From an uncultured delta proteobacterium (GTDB lineage: Bacteria; Desulfobacterota; Binatia; JACPRU01): a stretch of DNA of 64,000 nucleotides. The position numbers and the translations under genes were made by a program. The DNA is taken from assembly GCA_963745025.1 (NCBI GenBank), contig CAVUWD010000011.1, positions 96,001 to 160,000 on the forward strand, read 5' to 3'. The notes under the pieces are model-generated. The model was not told where the DNA came from. It ran no database searches and saw nothing but the letters and a program-made list of their open reading frames with translations. Positions 38,981 through 49,071 of the stretch are shown here, piece after piece (position 1 is the stretch's first letter; every line of letters starts with the position of its first letter).

Positions 38981-39880
38981 TCAGAAGCCTCCAGTCAACT
39001 GGTAACGCAGATAAATCGGCACGAATAGAACGATGAACGACGCCGGAAAGATGCACGCGATGAGTGGCGCCATGAGCTTGACGGGCACCTTGCCGGCCGC
39101 CTCCTCGGCGAGCGTCCACCGCTTGACCCGCATCTGATCGGCCATGGTGCGCAGCGTCGCCGCGACGCTCGCGCCGAGCTGCTCGGCTTGAAGCAGCGCC
39201 AGGACGAAGCTGCGAATCTCGGTGAGATCCACGCGGTCGGCGAGGGCGCGAAGCGAATCGCCGCGCGGCTTTCCGAGCGTGACCTCTTGGTGCGCGATCC
39301 GGAACTCGTCGATGAGCGGACCGGTTGGACCCTTGTCGACGACCGTCGCCATGGCGGAGGCGAAATCGAGGCCCGCCTCCGTCGAAAGAATGAGTAGATC
39401 CAGCGCATACGGCAGGTCCCGGAAGATCCGTCGCATGCGCCGGTTGAGGACCTGGTTCAGCCGCATGACCGGATAGAAGAATCCGAAGAGAGTGATCGGC
39501 CCGACGATCGTCCAGTTGATCTCTCCCGAAATCTGCACCGACAGCGCGTAGCCGAGGGCGAAGCCGATCACCACCCCGACGTAGCGGAGCGCCAGGAATT
39601 CGGGGACCGTCATCCCGAAGGGGCGACCCGCTTGCCTGAGCTTCTTGTCGAGTGCCTGGCCCGAGGCACGGTTCAGGGCGTTCTTGTGAAGCGGCGCGAG
39701 AGCGCGCGCGATCGGCAGCACAAGACGCATGACGGCGTTCGCGATCGGGATCTCGCGATCCGCAGCCTCGCTCACGACTTCCTCGGTCGGGCGCGCAGAC
39801 AGGACCAAGAAGCTCACCAGAAAGACGGCGAGCCCGCCGCACGCAAGCGCCAAGTAGAGCATCATTTCGCCGGACTCCAT
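38981..39880 (-). CDS. tadC: TadC (T2SS F-family) inner-membrane platform protein
   Basis: LPYALDLLILSTEAGLDF, ALLQAEQLGASV, AEEAAGKVPVKLMAPL...FPA. Confidence 0.93.
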   Translation of the reverse strand: MESGEMMLYLALACGGLAVFLVSFLVLSARPTEEVVSEAADREIPIANAVMRLVLPIARALAPLHKNALNRASGQALDKKLRQAGRPFGMTVPEFLALRYVGVVIGFALGYALSVQISGEINWTIVGPITLFGFFYPVMRLNQVLNRRMRRIFRDLPYALDLLILSTEAGLDFASAMATVVDKGPTGPLIDEFRIAHQEVTLGKPRGDSLRALADRVDLTEIRSFVLALLQAEQLGASVAATLRTMADQMRVKRWTLAEEAAGKVPVKLMAPLIACIFPASFIVLFVPIYLRYQLTGGF

Positions 39881-39987
39881 CGGCCCTCCTCACTCAGCGC
39901 GGCGTCGCCGCAACCGCAAGGCGCGACGGGGACGATGCCTCGTATCTCATACATTCGTCTAAGAACGCGAATTCCTACCGTACTAAC

Positions 39988-40839
39988 TCAGACGTCGAGA
40001 TCCATGACGCGACGGATCCAAATGAAGGCCACGACCGACAGCGCGATGACGACGGACATCGCCAGGAGGCCGATCGTCGTCGAGAAGAGCAGCCGCACGT
40101 GCAGCGGCTCGAGAAAATAAAGGGCGACGACGAGCGCGAACGGCATCGCCGACATGACGAGCGCCTGCATGTTGGCCGTCGCCGCGAGCGCCCGCACTTT
40201 GCCTTCGATGCGGATCCGCTCGCGGATCCCCTGCGCGATCGTCCCGAAGATCTCGGCGACGTTTCCTCCGCTGCGCCGCGTGATCATGATCGCGTTCACG
40301 AGCACGTCGAGGTCGCGACTGCCGATCCGCCGCGCCGCGTTCAAGAAGGCCTCGTCGAAGTCGCTCCCCAAGCGGTACTCCTGCAGCACGCGCCCGAACT
40401 CCTGGGTGATCGGCGGCTTCATCTCGTGAACGAGGAGCTCCATCGCCTGCGGCAGGTTCAATCCGGCCTTGAGCGAGTTGGCGAGCAGCCCGAGACCGTC
40501 GACGAGCTGGAGATCGAAGGCCACGCGGCGCCGATCGCGCACGATGTTGAACAGCATCCGCGGCGCGAAGAATGCTCCGGTCGCGAACAGCAGGCCCGCG
40601 ATCATGTTGATCGCCAGCGAAACGAGAACGAACGCGATGCCGGCGGCGAGCATGCTCACCTGGAAGAGCCGCTCGGGCGGGAAGGCCGAGAACACCTGGG
40701 CGAGCGTAGCCTCGGCCTCCGCGACGTATTCCTTGCGGTAGTCCTCGTAGGCGCCACCGGCCACCCACCAGCTCGTCCACACCAACGCCGCGGCCGCACC
40801 GCCCCCGAGCACGTAGAGGACAAGTTCCATGGGACTCAT
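39988..40839 (-). CDS. tadB: TadB (T2SS F-family) inner-membrane platform protein
   Basis: FDLQLVDGLGLLANSLKAG, PITQEF, GGNVAEI, IRERIRIEGKVRAL. Confidence 0.93.
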   Translation of the reverse strand: MSPMELVLYVLGGGAAAALVWTSWWVAGGAYEDYRKEYVAEAEATLAQVFSAFPPERLFQVSMLAAGIAFVLVSLAINMIAGLLFATGAFFAPRMLFNIVRDRRRVAFDLQLVDGLGLLANSLKAGLNLPQAMELLVHEMKPPITQEFGRVLQEYRLGSDFDEAFLNAARRIGSRDLDVLVNAIMITRRSGGNVAEIFGTIAQGIRERIRIEGKVRALAATANMQALVMSAMPFALVVALYFLEPLHVRLLFSTTIGLLAMSVVIALSVVAFIWIRRVMDLDV

Positions 40840-40842
40840 CGC

Positions 40843-42513
40843 TCACGCCTCCTCGGACTGGAAGATCGTCAAATCGGGCTGAATGCCTCGCTGGCGAAGG
40901 CGCTCGTAGAAGCGCGGAATGTAACCGGTCGGCACGTGACGGCCGACCACCTTGCCCTTTGCGTCGAACCCGTCCTGCTTGAAGAAGAAGATGTCCTGGA
41001 TCTGGACCTGGTCACTGTCGATGCCGGTGACTTCGGAGATCGAGGTGACTTTGCGGGTACCGTCCGAGAAGCGCGTCTGCTGCAGAATGATGTGCACGGC
41101 GGAGGAGATCTGATCGCGGATCGCCCGAACCGGCAGGTCCATTCCCGCCATCAGCACGAGGGTCTCGAGCCGCGCGACGGCGTCCCGAGGCGAGTTCGCG
41201 TGCAGCGTGGTCATCGAGCCGTCGTGGCCGGTGTTCATCGCTTGCAGCATGTCGAGCGCCTCGCCGCTGCGGCATTCGCCGACGATGATGCGGTCGGGCC
41301 GCATGCGCAGCGAGTTGCGCACGAGGTCGCGGATCGTGATCGCGCCCACCCCCTCGAGGTTCGGCGGCCGCGTCTCGAGCGACACGACGTGGTCCTGCTG
41401 AAGCTTCAGCTCGGCCGAGTCCTCGACGGTGACGACCCGTTCGTCGTTCGGGATGAAATTCGAGAGCACGTTCAGCAGCGTCGTCTTTCCGGACCCCGTA
41501 CCGCCCGAGACGACCGTGTTCTGACGCAGCTCGACGGCGAGCTTCAGGAAGTTCGCCATCCCACGCGTGAGCGCAGCGAATCGCACCAGGTCGTCGATCT
41601 GGAGCGGAACCTTGTTGAATTTGCGGATGGTGATCGACGGGCCCTTCAGCGCAAGCGGCGGGATGATCGCGTTCACGCGCGACCCGTCCTTCAGCCTCGC
41701 ATCGACCATCGGCGAGGATTCGTCGATGCGCCGGCCGATCGCGGACACGATGCGCTCGATTGCGGCGAGCACCGCTTGGTTGCTGGTGAACTTTTTCTCG
41801 GAGAGCACGAGCTTTCCGCGCTGCTCGATGTAGATCTGGTCGAATCGATTGACCATGATCTCGGTCACTTCGTCGTCCGCGAGAAGGTCTTCGAGCGGGC
41901 CGAGACCGAGCGCCTCGTCGATGATCTCCTTGACGAGGCTTTCTCGGGAGAGGCCCGGCGGGATCTCCCAGGCGAACTCGCGGAGGATGTTCTCGACCGC
42001 CGCGCGCGTCTGCGCCCGGATGTCCGCGTCCTTGAGCTTGCTCAGGTCGACCCAGCGGAGGTCGAGGAACTCGAGCAGTCGCTTGTGCAGGCGGCCCTTG
42101 ATCTCGCGGACAGGGTCGCCACCGGGCTCGGCGGCCGTCGCGGCTGCCGCCGGCGTCGCCGCTTCGGCAGGTCGAGCCCCGATGAGGGTCACGTCGCCCT
42201 CCGCAGCTGCGGCGGCTCCGCCAGCGACGACGAGCCGTAGGCGAAATTCCCCGATCTCGAAGCAATCGCCGTCCCGGACCGGCGTCGGCTGCGCGATTAC
42301 GGCCCCGTTCAGAACGGTGCCGTTCGTGCTCTTCGAGTCTTCGAGCATCCACGAACCGTCGTTTCGGAACAAACGCGCATGGCGCGACGACACCGCAGCG
42401 CTCGCGAGGACCAGATCGTTGGTCGGCGCACGGCCGATCGAAATTTCACTGCTTTCGAAGCACTGCGACCGAACCGGACTTCCTGCTTCGTCTTCGACCC
42501 GTAGCTCTATCAT
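40843..42513 (-). CDS. cpaF: FHA-domain TadA/CpaF pilus ATPase (copy 1, full length)
   Basis: Canonical FHA (IGR...VSSRHARL...STNGT), [39 protein letters not shown]. Alternative GTG start at 42549. Confidence 0.94.
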   Translation of the reverse strand: MIELRVEDEAGSPVRSQCFESSEISIGRAPTNDLVLASAAVSSRHARLFRNDGSWMLEDSKSTNGTVLNGAVIAQPTPVRDGDCFEIGEFRLRLVVAGGAAAAAEGDVTLIGARPAEAATPAAAATAAEPGGDPVREIKGRLHKRLLEFLDLRWVDLSKLKDADIRAQTRAAVENILREFAWEIPPGLSRESLVKEIIDEALGLGPLEDLLADDEVTEIMVNRFDQIYIEQRGKLVLSEKKFTSNQAVLAAIERIVSAIGRRIDESSPMVDARLKDGSRVNAIIPPLALKGPSITIRKFNKVPLQIDDLVRFAALTRGMANFLKLAVELRQNTVVSGGTGSGKTTLLNVLSNFIPNDERVVTVEDSAELKLQQDHVVSLETRPPNLEGVGAITIRDLVRNSLRMRPDRIIVGECRSGEALDMLQAMNTGHDGSMTTLHANSPRDAVARLETLVLMAGMDLPVRAIRDQISSAVHIILQQTRFSDGTRKVTSISEVTGIDSDQVQIQDIFFFKQDGFDAKGKVVGRHVPTGYIPRFYERLRQRGIQPDLTIFQSEEA

Positions 42514-42535
42514 CCGTGTTGACCCGTCCCGCCCG

Positions 42536-43348
42536 TCATTTCGGTTCACCCGCCTGTTCAGTCGAGGCCGCCTTCGACACGACCTCGCCCAACGCGACCG
42601 GCTGACGGGAAAGCTCTCGGAGAGTGGTCGCGTCGCCCGCGATGTACGCGCGATCGCCCGGCCGAAGGTTCTTCGGGTTTCGCAGCAGTGCGGAAAGCTT
42701 TCCGAGGTTCTGTGCCCAGATGATCAACTTCGCCTGGTCCGGGGTGAGCAGCAGCGTGATCGAGCTGTAGTTCGCCCGCGGACTCGACCCGAACGCGCCG
42801 GTGTAGAGCACGTAGACGTTGTCGAGCAGCGGAGTGGTGACGACCTGTTGTGTCGCCACACCACCCTTGCCGCCGGGCTGAGCTTGCTGCACACTCTGGT
42901 AGGTAAGGAGGAGGTCGATCCGGTCGCCTGCGCGGATCGCGCCTTCGAGCGAGGTTTCGTTGGTCGTCACCAGCGTGAACAGGCGGTCGTCGGTGCGCGG
43001 ATCGAGCTTCTCGGAAGCGCGAGCCATGCCCGCCGCCCCGGTGACGAACTGCGTGGCGAGGACGTAGTCGCCTTCAGCGGCTTCCGAGCCGAGCCGCTGG
43101 CCGATGTAGTTGCCACGCGCCGACCAATCGACCGCGAACTTGGGGATCGAGTTCGCGACCTTCGCGGCCGCCATCACGTCCTCCTCCGCGAGCAGCGCGC
43201 CGGGGCGCAGATCGCGGCGGGCGATCATGACTTGCCGCCTCACTGGCTCGAAGCTAGCCCGAAGATCGCTGATGTACAGGTTCATCAGCACTACGGCCGC
43301 GATCGCGGCGGCAATCGACACCAGGATCGGGATCCGACTCTGCATCAC
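42536..43348 (-). CDS. cpaB: Flp pilus assembly protein CpaB/RcpC (SAF domain)
   Basis: N-terminal TM, VMIARRDLRPG, IRAGDRIDLL, LLDNVYVL, ITLLLTPDQA, LLRNP. Confidence 0.9.
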   Translation of the reverse strand: MMQSRIPILVSIAAAIAAVVLMNLYISDLRASFEPVRRQVMIARRDLRPGALLAEEDVMAAAKVANSIPKFAVDWSARGNYIGQRLGSEAAEGDYVLATQFVTGAAGMARASEKLDPRTDDRLFTLVTTNETSLEGAIRAGDRIDLLLTYQSVQQAQPGGKGGVATQQVVTTPLLDNVYVLYTGAFGSSPRANYSSITLLLTPDQAKLIIWAQNLGKLSALLRNPKNLRPGDRAYIAGDATTLRELSRQPVALGEVVSKAASTEQAGEPK

Positions 43349-43395
43349 TTCCTCCCCTCTTTACCGCAAATCCCTGTGCTCGTCCGCCGTATCCC

Positions 43396-43632
43396 TCAAG
43401 GGATCGGCAGGGCCACGAAGAAGTAAATCTCGAGCAAGTAGCGCCCGATCGCCGCATGCATCAGGCTGCCGATGCCGATGAGACCGAGCGTTGCGAGCAC
43501 GACCGTGATCACGTACTCGACCATGACTTGCCCGCTTTGCTCGCCGAACCGCTCCCTGTCTTGCCGAGCTTCCAAGCCGAAACCTTCATACAAAGGACGG
43601 AGCACGCGCTGCAACCATCTGCGTCGGCTCAT
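43396..43632 (-). CDS. Small Flp-like minor pilin
   Basis: SGQVMVEY prepilin motif followed by a hydrophobic helix. Confidence 0.8.
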   Translation of the reverse strand: MSRRRWLQRVLRPLYEGFGLEARQDRERFGEQSGQVMVEYVITVVLATLGLIGIGSLMHAAIGRYLLEIYFFVALPIP

Positions 43633-43635
43633 GGC

Positions 43636-44445
43636 TCAAGACCTCCCCGCGGCGTAGGTGCGTGTGACGAGAACCGCATTCCCGCGTTCACGCGGTTCCG
43701 GCAGGATGAGGATGGAGCATTCTTCGTCTTCCTTAGCGAAAAACAGCGTCGTGAACTTGGAGGTAAGGTCGGCGGGCGGCACCAATTGTTCCCAGCCCCG
43801 CGCCGACATTTCGCGAAGGTAGAAATCCGTGACCCAATCGCGCGAGTCATCGGTGGTGTAGCTCAGCGTCTCGTTGTGCGGGCCCTCGACCGAGCTGATC
43901 AGAATCCGCGCTCGCGCGCCGGGAAGCTCCGGAATTCCCGGCAGCATGGGTTGGAATCCGCGTTTGAGCTCACTGAGGTTTCGTTGCGTCAAGCGGATCG
44001 CCGGCAGACCGTTTCGCAGCGAGGTCGCGGCCACTGCCAGCATCACCTTCGTCCGCGGATGGATTGCGACCACCGTATCTTCTCCGCCGATCGTCTTTCG
44101 CCGAGCGCGGTAGCCTACCTTTCGAAGCGCCGACTCAAACTCGCGAAGCTTCGCCGCTGGATCGGCCACCCCATACGTATTGAAGCGAACCAGCATGCCG
44201 TTCACCCGAAACTGCCCGCGACCCGAGAGCTTCGGACGCATGGCTGGGTTCGCTTCGATACCGAGACCGCGCTCCGCATCGTCGACCAGCGTATCGCCCG
44301 TGCGCACCGCCGCCGCGGAACTCGGACGTTCCCGGCCGAGCAGCGCGTAGCCGACGAACAACAGCGCGAACCCGGCGGCAACGACCGCGTGAAACCACCG
44401 TGGCATCGACCCACCGAGAATTCTCGATTTCTCTTCGAGCTTCAT
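43636..44445 (-). CDS. Hypothetical bitopic protein in the tad operon
   Basis: N-terminal TM; TGATG coupling with the upstream tadE-like gene. Confidence 0.7.
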   Translation of the reverse strand: MKLEEKSRILGGSMPRWFHAVVAAGFALLFVGYALLGRERPSSAAAVRTGDTLVDDAERGLGIEANPAMRPKLSGRGQFRVNGMLVRFNTYGVADPAAKLREFESALRKVGYRARRKTIGGEDTVVAIHPRTKVMLAVAATSLRNGLPAIRLTQRNLSELKRGFQPMLPGIPELPGARARILISSVEGPHNETLSYTTDDSRDWVTDFYLREMSARGWEQLVPPADLTSKFTTLFFAKEDEECSILILPEPRERGNAVLVTRTYAAGRS

Positions 44446-45419
44446 CAGTGACGCTCCGGGAATTCCTTCAACGTTCCGTCGGGAAGGTGGAAGCCCGCAT
44501 TCGTGTCCAAGACGCTATCGATAGCCGAGAAGACTCCGCCAATCCCTGAAAACATGCATTTCCCGGTGTTGCCTAGGAACGAGACAGCGGCGCCGACTCC
44601 AGGGACCAAGTTCGGATCGCCCGTGGGTAGAAACCACAGGGGGAAGATGTGCCCGCTGGTATCGCAAAGACTGTTCACGCCCCCGACCAATTGCTCGTAT
44701 TCGGTCTTGTCGTTCGTACGCACGATCAGCAAGGGGTGACTGAGGATGCTCGAGAACTGCACGATGTCCGTCGGCCGGATCAGATGAAAGTAGTTGATGC
44801 CGAAGGTCTTGTACTCGACCCGTGCCGTGAAGATCGAGCTGTCGGCTTCGTGGTCCCAATTCGTCTCGCGGGCGAAGAGATCCTGGAGGAAGAAACCGGG
44901 CACCCCGGCGACACCGCCGAGGAACGAGCCGAGTCCGCTCAATGCGGAGTTCGCCTGGCCGCCGGCCCCGTCGATCAGGGTCACCGCGGTAGCGGCCGCC
45001 GTCGCGATGGGCACGATGACGTCCGCGACGGCCCGCGGCGCAACGGACGTAATGCCCAACGCGGCGGTGACGTCGTTGTCGTAGTCGGCCACTTTGCGCG
45101 TTGCCGCGTCGGCCTCGGCGTTCAGCAGGAAGCGGCCGATGCCGGCCTTCTTCTTCAACGTCGTATCGAGGTTCGCGTCGCTCGCGGACGATGGGAGGGC
45201 GTGCACTGCGCTGCCCTGAGTGCCGTCGTCGCGCAGGTACCACGAGCTCTCCCACGTCGCGAACCGTGCGCCTTCGATCGCTCGAGCCCGCATCGAGACC
45301 AGCTCGTAGAAGTAGTCGAGGCCGAGAAATACCATCAGCAGCACGGGAAGCATGACGACCGTTTCGACGAGCGACTGGCCGCGATCCGGCAAAAGTCGCT
45401 TGGCGGCGTTCAAGGGCAT
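44445..45419 (-). CDS. TadE-like minor pilin with extended C-terminal domain
   Basis: RGQSLVETVVMLPVLL...RAIEGARFATWE; start set to ATG 45419 (AGAGG RBS). Confidence 0.85.
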   Translation of the reverse strand: MPLNAAKRLLPDRGQSLVETVVMLPVLLMVFLGLDYFYELVSMRARAIEGARFATWESSWYLRDDGTQGSAVHALPSSASDANLDTTLKKKAGIGRFLLNAEADAATRKVADYDNDVTAALGITSVAPRAVADVIVPIATAAATAVTLIDGAGGQANSALSGLGSFLGGVAGVPGFFLQDLFARETNWDHEADSSIFTARVEYKTFGINYFHLIRPTDIVQFSSILSHPLLIVRTNDKTEYEQLVGGVNSLCDTSGHIFPLWFLPTGDPNLVPGVGAAVSFLGNTGKCMFSGIGGVFSAIDSVLDTNAGFHLPDGTLKEFPERH

Positions 45420-45429
45420 GGCATCACCT

Positions 45430-47127
45430 CTAGTGAAGCAGCTCGATGCCGCTGTTCTTGTCTGCAAGCCGCTCGAGCCTCCCCGCCCAGAAGGGATTGA
45501 AGATCGTCTCCTTGTCGAACTTCTTGTCCTTTCGATTCTGGGTGAAATACACGCGAGCGAACGCATACGCTTCCATCGACGGCGTGAACCCGGTGACCTC
45601 CGTTATTGGCGGCGGGAGGTTCGTGTCGAGGCCTTCGGTAAGGCCCAATCCGCTGAACAGCGGCAGAGACTTGCTCGGCTTGCTCAGGTAGACGAAGACT
45701 CGCGGACCTTCGACTCGTTTGCCGTTGTCGTTGTCGTCTCCGTCGTCCTTGTAAATCGTAACCTTCATGTCCTTCAGCTTGGTACTGAGCTTCGCTTCGG
45801 TTCGGCAGTCGTGAATGAATTCTTCGAAGCCCTGTACCAGCGCCAATCCCGGAATGCATCCCGGATCGCCGATGGCCTTGGCGATGAAATCCCCAGTCGG
45901 GTTCTCGGTGCGATCCGTGCCGTCGACGTCCGAGACGTCCTGCGGGTGCAACGTATCGAACGACACCGGCTGCGGATCATCGTTGGGAATCGGGTCAGAG
46001 TCCGGAATGATGCTGTCCCAACGGTGCTGAATGTCGGCGCCGCTGTTGAACTGGTCGTCGCTGTAGTGGCCCGCGCTCTCGCTGAAGATGTTCTGAAAAC
46101 CGGTGACCGGGCACGTGATGCCTCCGACCGAGATGCTGATTCCGGAGTGATCGAGCTGATAGATCGTGTCCTTGAGGGACGTGTTATCGCCGCCGCGCAC
46201 GATCATCTGGGTTTTGCCGTTCGGAAGGGTCCTTTCGCCTCCCGTCTCCCACGGGCCGCCCGTCGGGTTCTCCTCTCCGGTAATGTGGTCGAATCCCGGC
46301 CCGTCGAAACCCTCCGGCCCGATCGTCAGGCTGAGACACGGCAGGTGGCTCAGCGCATCACCGATCACCGGGATCAGGTTCGCGAAGTCGCGGAAGCTTC
46401 CTCCATTCGAGAACGCGTTCAGCGACCGCTCGACCGTCAATCGTAGACCATTGTCCTTGTCCGTACCGGTCCAGTCGCGGCGGTCGGAGAGCTCCTGAAA
46501 GTTGAAGACTTCCGATCCCACCCAGTACTGAAAATTCGTGTCCACTCCGGCGGCGATCTTCTGGATGAGCTGCGCCCGTCCGGCTTGAGTCGTGAGGTAC
46601 AACGCCTCTTCGAACGCGCTCAGCGCCGAGTTGTAGGCCTGCAGGTACGGAGAGATGCCCAAGACGGCATCGGACGCGCCTTGGTTGACGATGTGAACGG
46701 CGACGTGGAGCGCCTCCTCGCCAACCAGCAACGGGCAAGCGACGATATCGATGATCGGGATGTCGCAACCGAGCTGAAGAACCGCTTGCAGCTCGGCCAA
46801 GAAGCCGTCGAGCGCATCCGCGAACGAATAGAAGCCGGTGACGAGCGCGATCGTATCGTAGTTCGCCACCATGGCGCGCGTGGTGTACGCGGCGAGGTTC
46901 ATGTACCGCGCTTCCCAGATCGCCGCCGAGTAGGCGGCGTTGTCGGCCGCGTTCTGGATCTTCATCTTCTCGGTCGTCATCGTGCCGACGTTGTAGACCG
47001 AGAGTCCGGCCAGCGTGAGCGGGATCAGGAAGATGAGGAACATCACGAGCATCTGGCCCCGCTGGCTCGCGAGCTGCGAGAGACGCTGGCGTACCCGGCT
47101 ATGACGTTCCATCTCGGTTCTCTCCAT
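45430..47127 (-). CDS. TadG-like large minor pilin
   Basis: RGQMLVMFLIFL...KIQNAADNAAYSAA Tad N-terminal domain; C-terminal FNPFWAGRL; TGATG coupling at 47127. Confidence 0.85.
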   Translation of the reverse strand: MERTEMERHSRVRQRLSQLASQRGQMLVMFLIFLIPLTLAGLSVYNVGTMTTEKMKIQNAADNAAYSAAIWEARYMNLAAYTTRAMVANYDTIALVTGFYSFADALDGFLAELQAVLQLGCDIPIIDIVACPLLVGEEALHVAVHIVNQGASDAVLGISPYLQAYNSALSAFEEALYLTTQAGRAQLIQKIAAGVDTNFQYWVGSEVFNFQELSDRRDWTGTDKDNGLRLTVERSLNAFSNGGSFRDFANLIPVIGDALSHLPCLSLTIGPEGFDGPGFDHITGEENPTGGPWETGGERTLPNGKTQMIVRGGDNTSLKDTIYQLDHSGISISVGGITCPVTGFQNIFSESAGHYSDDQFNSGADIQHRWDSIIPDSDPIPNDDPQPVSFDTLHPQDVSDVDGTDRTENPTGDFIAKAIGDPGCIPGLALVQGFEEFIHDCRTEAKLSTKLKDMKVTIYKDDGDDNDNGKRVEGPRVFVYLSKPSKSLPLFSGLGLTEGLDTNLPPPITEVTGFTPSMEAYAFARVYFTQNRKDKKFDKETIFNPFWAGRLERLADKNSGIELLH

Positions 47128-48629
47128 CACCCTTTTCGGTCCCATTGCATCCGCATGACGAAGGTCGCGCGAATCGGCACGCGGAAGATCAGGAACTCGC
47201 CGAGCGATTGCCGGATGCTGTTGTCTCCCGACTTCTGAATGAAGACCGTCTCGCCTCTACCCTCGTCGGGCGTGGCAACGTCCCCCGGCGCGGTCTCGTA
47301 TTGGGTCGGTATGACCTTGATGCCGGAAAAGATGGGCGCGATGGTTCCCGCCAAGCCACTCAAGCCGAACGTCGCGAAGCCCACTTGCGAGAATGCGAAG
47401 CCCGTCGCCCAGACGGGGATCATCTTGTTCATGTCGGGAAGCTTCTTCTGCATGTCGGCCACGGTGGCGGAGGAGCCCTCGAGGTTGAGAGCGATCTTGT
47501 AGAGCTTCGGGCGGGCAGTCGCCGTGATGATCCGATTGACGAACGGGATGACCAGCGGGTAGCGCCAGGTCACCAGCACTTTGATGAGGTTGTCTTCGGA
47601 GTCTTCCTTCGGATCGTCGAACGCGATCTTCTTCGGCCACTTCTTGATAATCGCCTTCTTGATCGCCTTGTCGTCGTCCAAATCCGCTTTCGGATCGACG
47701 AACTGCACGTCGAGGCAATCGACCAGGTTCAGATCGTCGTCGATCGTCACGCCGATGGACTCGTAGAGAGCCACCGCGGCGCGGCCCTGAAAAACGCTGC
47801 CGAGAACGGCCAAATCCGTGGCCGGACTGGGAGGGATGGGACCGGCCGTCCAGGCGAGGGTTTGGAGGGTTTTGGCAAAGATTAGGAGGTTCTTCGCGAC
47901 TGCTGGCCGTTTTTGTTCGTCGGGATCGAGGCGTCCCTGGATCGCCGGGATGACGGGCAGGATCGTTAGGAAGGCCGCACGCTTCGCCCGCTTCTGCATC
48001 AAGTCCAGGTCGACCGGGTCTTCGGATGTAGGCGACGAGTCCGCGCGCGCGACGATCGCCGCACGGGCGGCGTTGAACGCGGCGAGCTTCACCAGGCTCC
48101 GCGCGTTGTAGATGAGAGTGATTTGGAAGATCCCCAAGATGAGCACGATGCCGACGAGCGAGGCGAAGAAGAACTCGAGCATCGCCTGGCCGTTCTCCGA
48201 CTTGAGACGTGCTTCGCGCTCCCGTAAGGCCTTCTCCTTCGCCTGCGTCTTGCGAATCGCCTTCTGCATCCGCGTCAAGTAGAGCATTGCCATTACCGCG
48301 ACGAGAGCGAGGATCCAGATCGCGGTGCTCCAGCTGATCGAGAAGTTGAGCGCTCTCGGGACAGCGGCAGCGCCGCCCGCGCCCGGGTCACCCTGCGAAG
48401 CCGCGGGAGCTTCCGTCGACTCCTGAGGCGCCGGCGGGGACCCCTCCTTTTCCTGGCCGCCACCCGTCCTGATGCCGCTGCCCGGAGACGTCGTCTCGAG
48501 CTTTTCCGTGGCGTGATCGAACCTCCCCCTCAATGCTCCGCCGAACCGGAAGACGACGAGGAGTAGGCCGAGCGAGATCAGGACCGCGGTCAGGACGTAC
48601 TCGGTCGCCTGCCCGGATTGAGCGCGCAC
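47127..48629 (-). CDS. Flp-like pilin / TM / TadE fusion with two prepilin-type motifs
   Basis: N-terminal SGQATEY plus hydrophobic helix, linker, second TM, then ENGQAMLEF plus hydrophobic helix and AAFNAARAAIV (TadE), VTWRYPLVIPF. Confidence 0.8.
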   Translation of the reverse strand: MRAQSGQATEYVLTAVLISLGLLLVVFRFGGALRGRFDHATEKLETTSPGSGIRTGGGQEKEGSPPAPQESTEAPAASQGDPGAGGAAAVPRALNFSISWSTAIWILALVAVMAMLYLTRMQKAIRKTQAKEKALREREARLKSENGQAMLEFFFASLVGIVLILGIFQITLIYNARSLVKLAAFNAARAAIVARADSSPTSEDPVDLDLMQKRAKRAAFLTILPVIPAIQGRLDPDEQKRPAVAKNLLIFAKTLQTLAWTAGPIPPSPATDLAVLGSVFQGRAAVALYESIGVTIDDDLNLVDCLDVQFVDPKADLDDDKAIKKAIIKKWPKKIAFDDPKEDSEDNLIKVLVTWRYPLVIPFVNRIITATARPKLYKIALNLEGSSATVADMQKKLPDMNKMIPVWATGFAFSQVGFATFGLSGLAGTIAPIFSGIKVIPTQYETAPGDVATPDEGRGETVFIQKSGDNSIRQSLGEFLIFRVPIRATFVMRMQWDRKG

Positions 48630-48661
48630 GCCGCCTTTGCCTGATATGAGGAAGCTAGCTG

Positions 48662-48720
48662 TGGGAGGGGCAAGGAGGCCGATCCGTGTTCGCGAAGGGC
48701 CCCACTTGCCCCCTTCCCCA
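48662..48720 (-). terminator. Imperfect stem-loop just downstream of the major pilin gene
   Basis: TGGGAGGGGCAAG...CTTGCCCCCTTCCCCA arms; position typical of an attenuator or stabiliser after flp. Confidence 0.4.
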
Positions 48721-48728
48721 CGGCGGTT

Positions 48729-48995
48729 CTACTTTTGTTCTCCCAGGTCGAGTTTTCCGCTGTCGGCCTTGTCCGTCTGGCCCCCTTCCTTTTCAGGATC
48801 GAGCTTCTGGACGTTGGTGTCGACCACATTCACGTTGCTCACTGCCTCGACGGCCCCGCCGAAGCGGTTCCGCAGCATGCCGCCGAAGCGGTTGACCGCA
48901 AACATCACCACGAGCGCGACGAGGATCGCGATGATGATGTACTCGGTCATCCCTTGACCGCGCTGGTTCCGAAGAAACTTCGCGAATCGATTCAT
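48729..48995 (-). CDS. flp: Flp family major pilin
   Basis: RNQRGQGMTEYIIIAILVALVV; GGGAGG RBS 9 nt before ATG 48995; first gene of the operon. Confidence 0.92.
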   Translation of the reverse strand: MNRFAKFLRNQRGQGMTEYIIIAILVALVVMFAVNRFGGMLRNRFGGAVEAVSNVNVVDTNVQKLDPEKEGGQTDKADSGKLDLGEQK

Positions 48996-49071
48996 ATGCA
49001 TTGACCTCCCTGGCTCACTGCTTAAGTCGAAATCCGCCGGCCGAGTCTCTCGGCGGCACCCCATCCATTAC

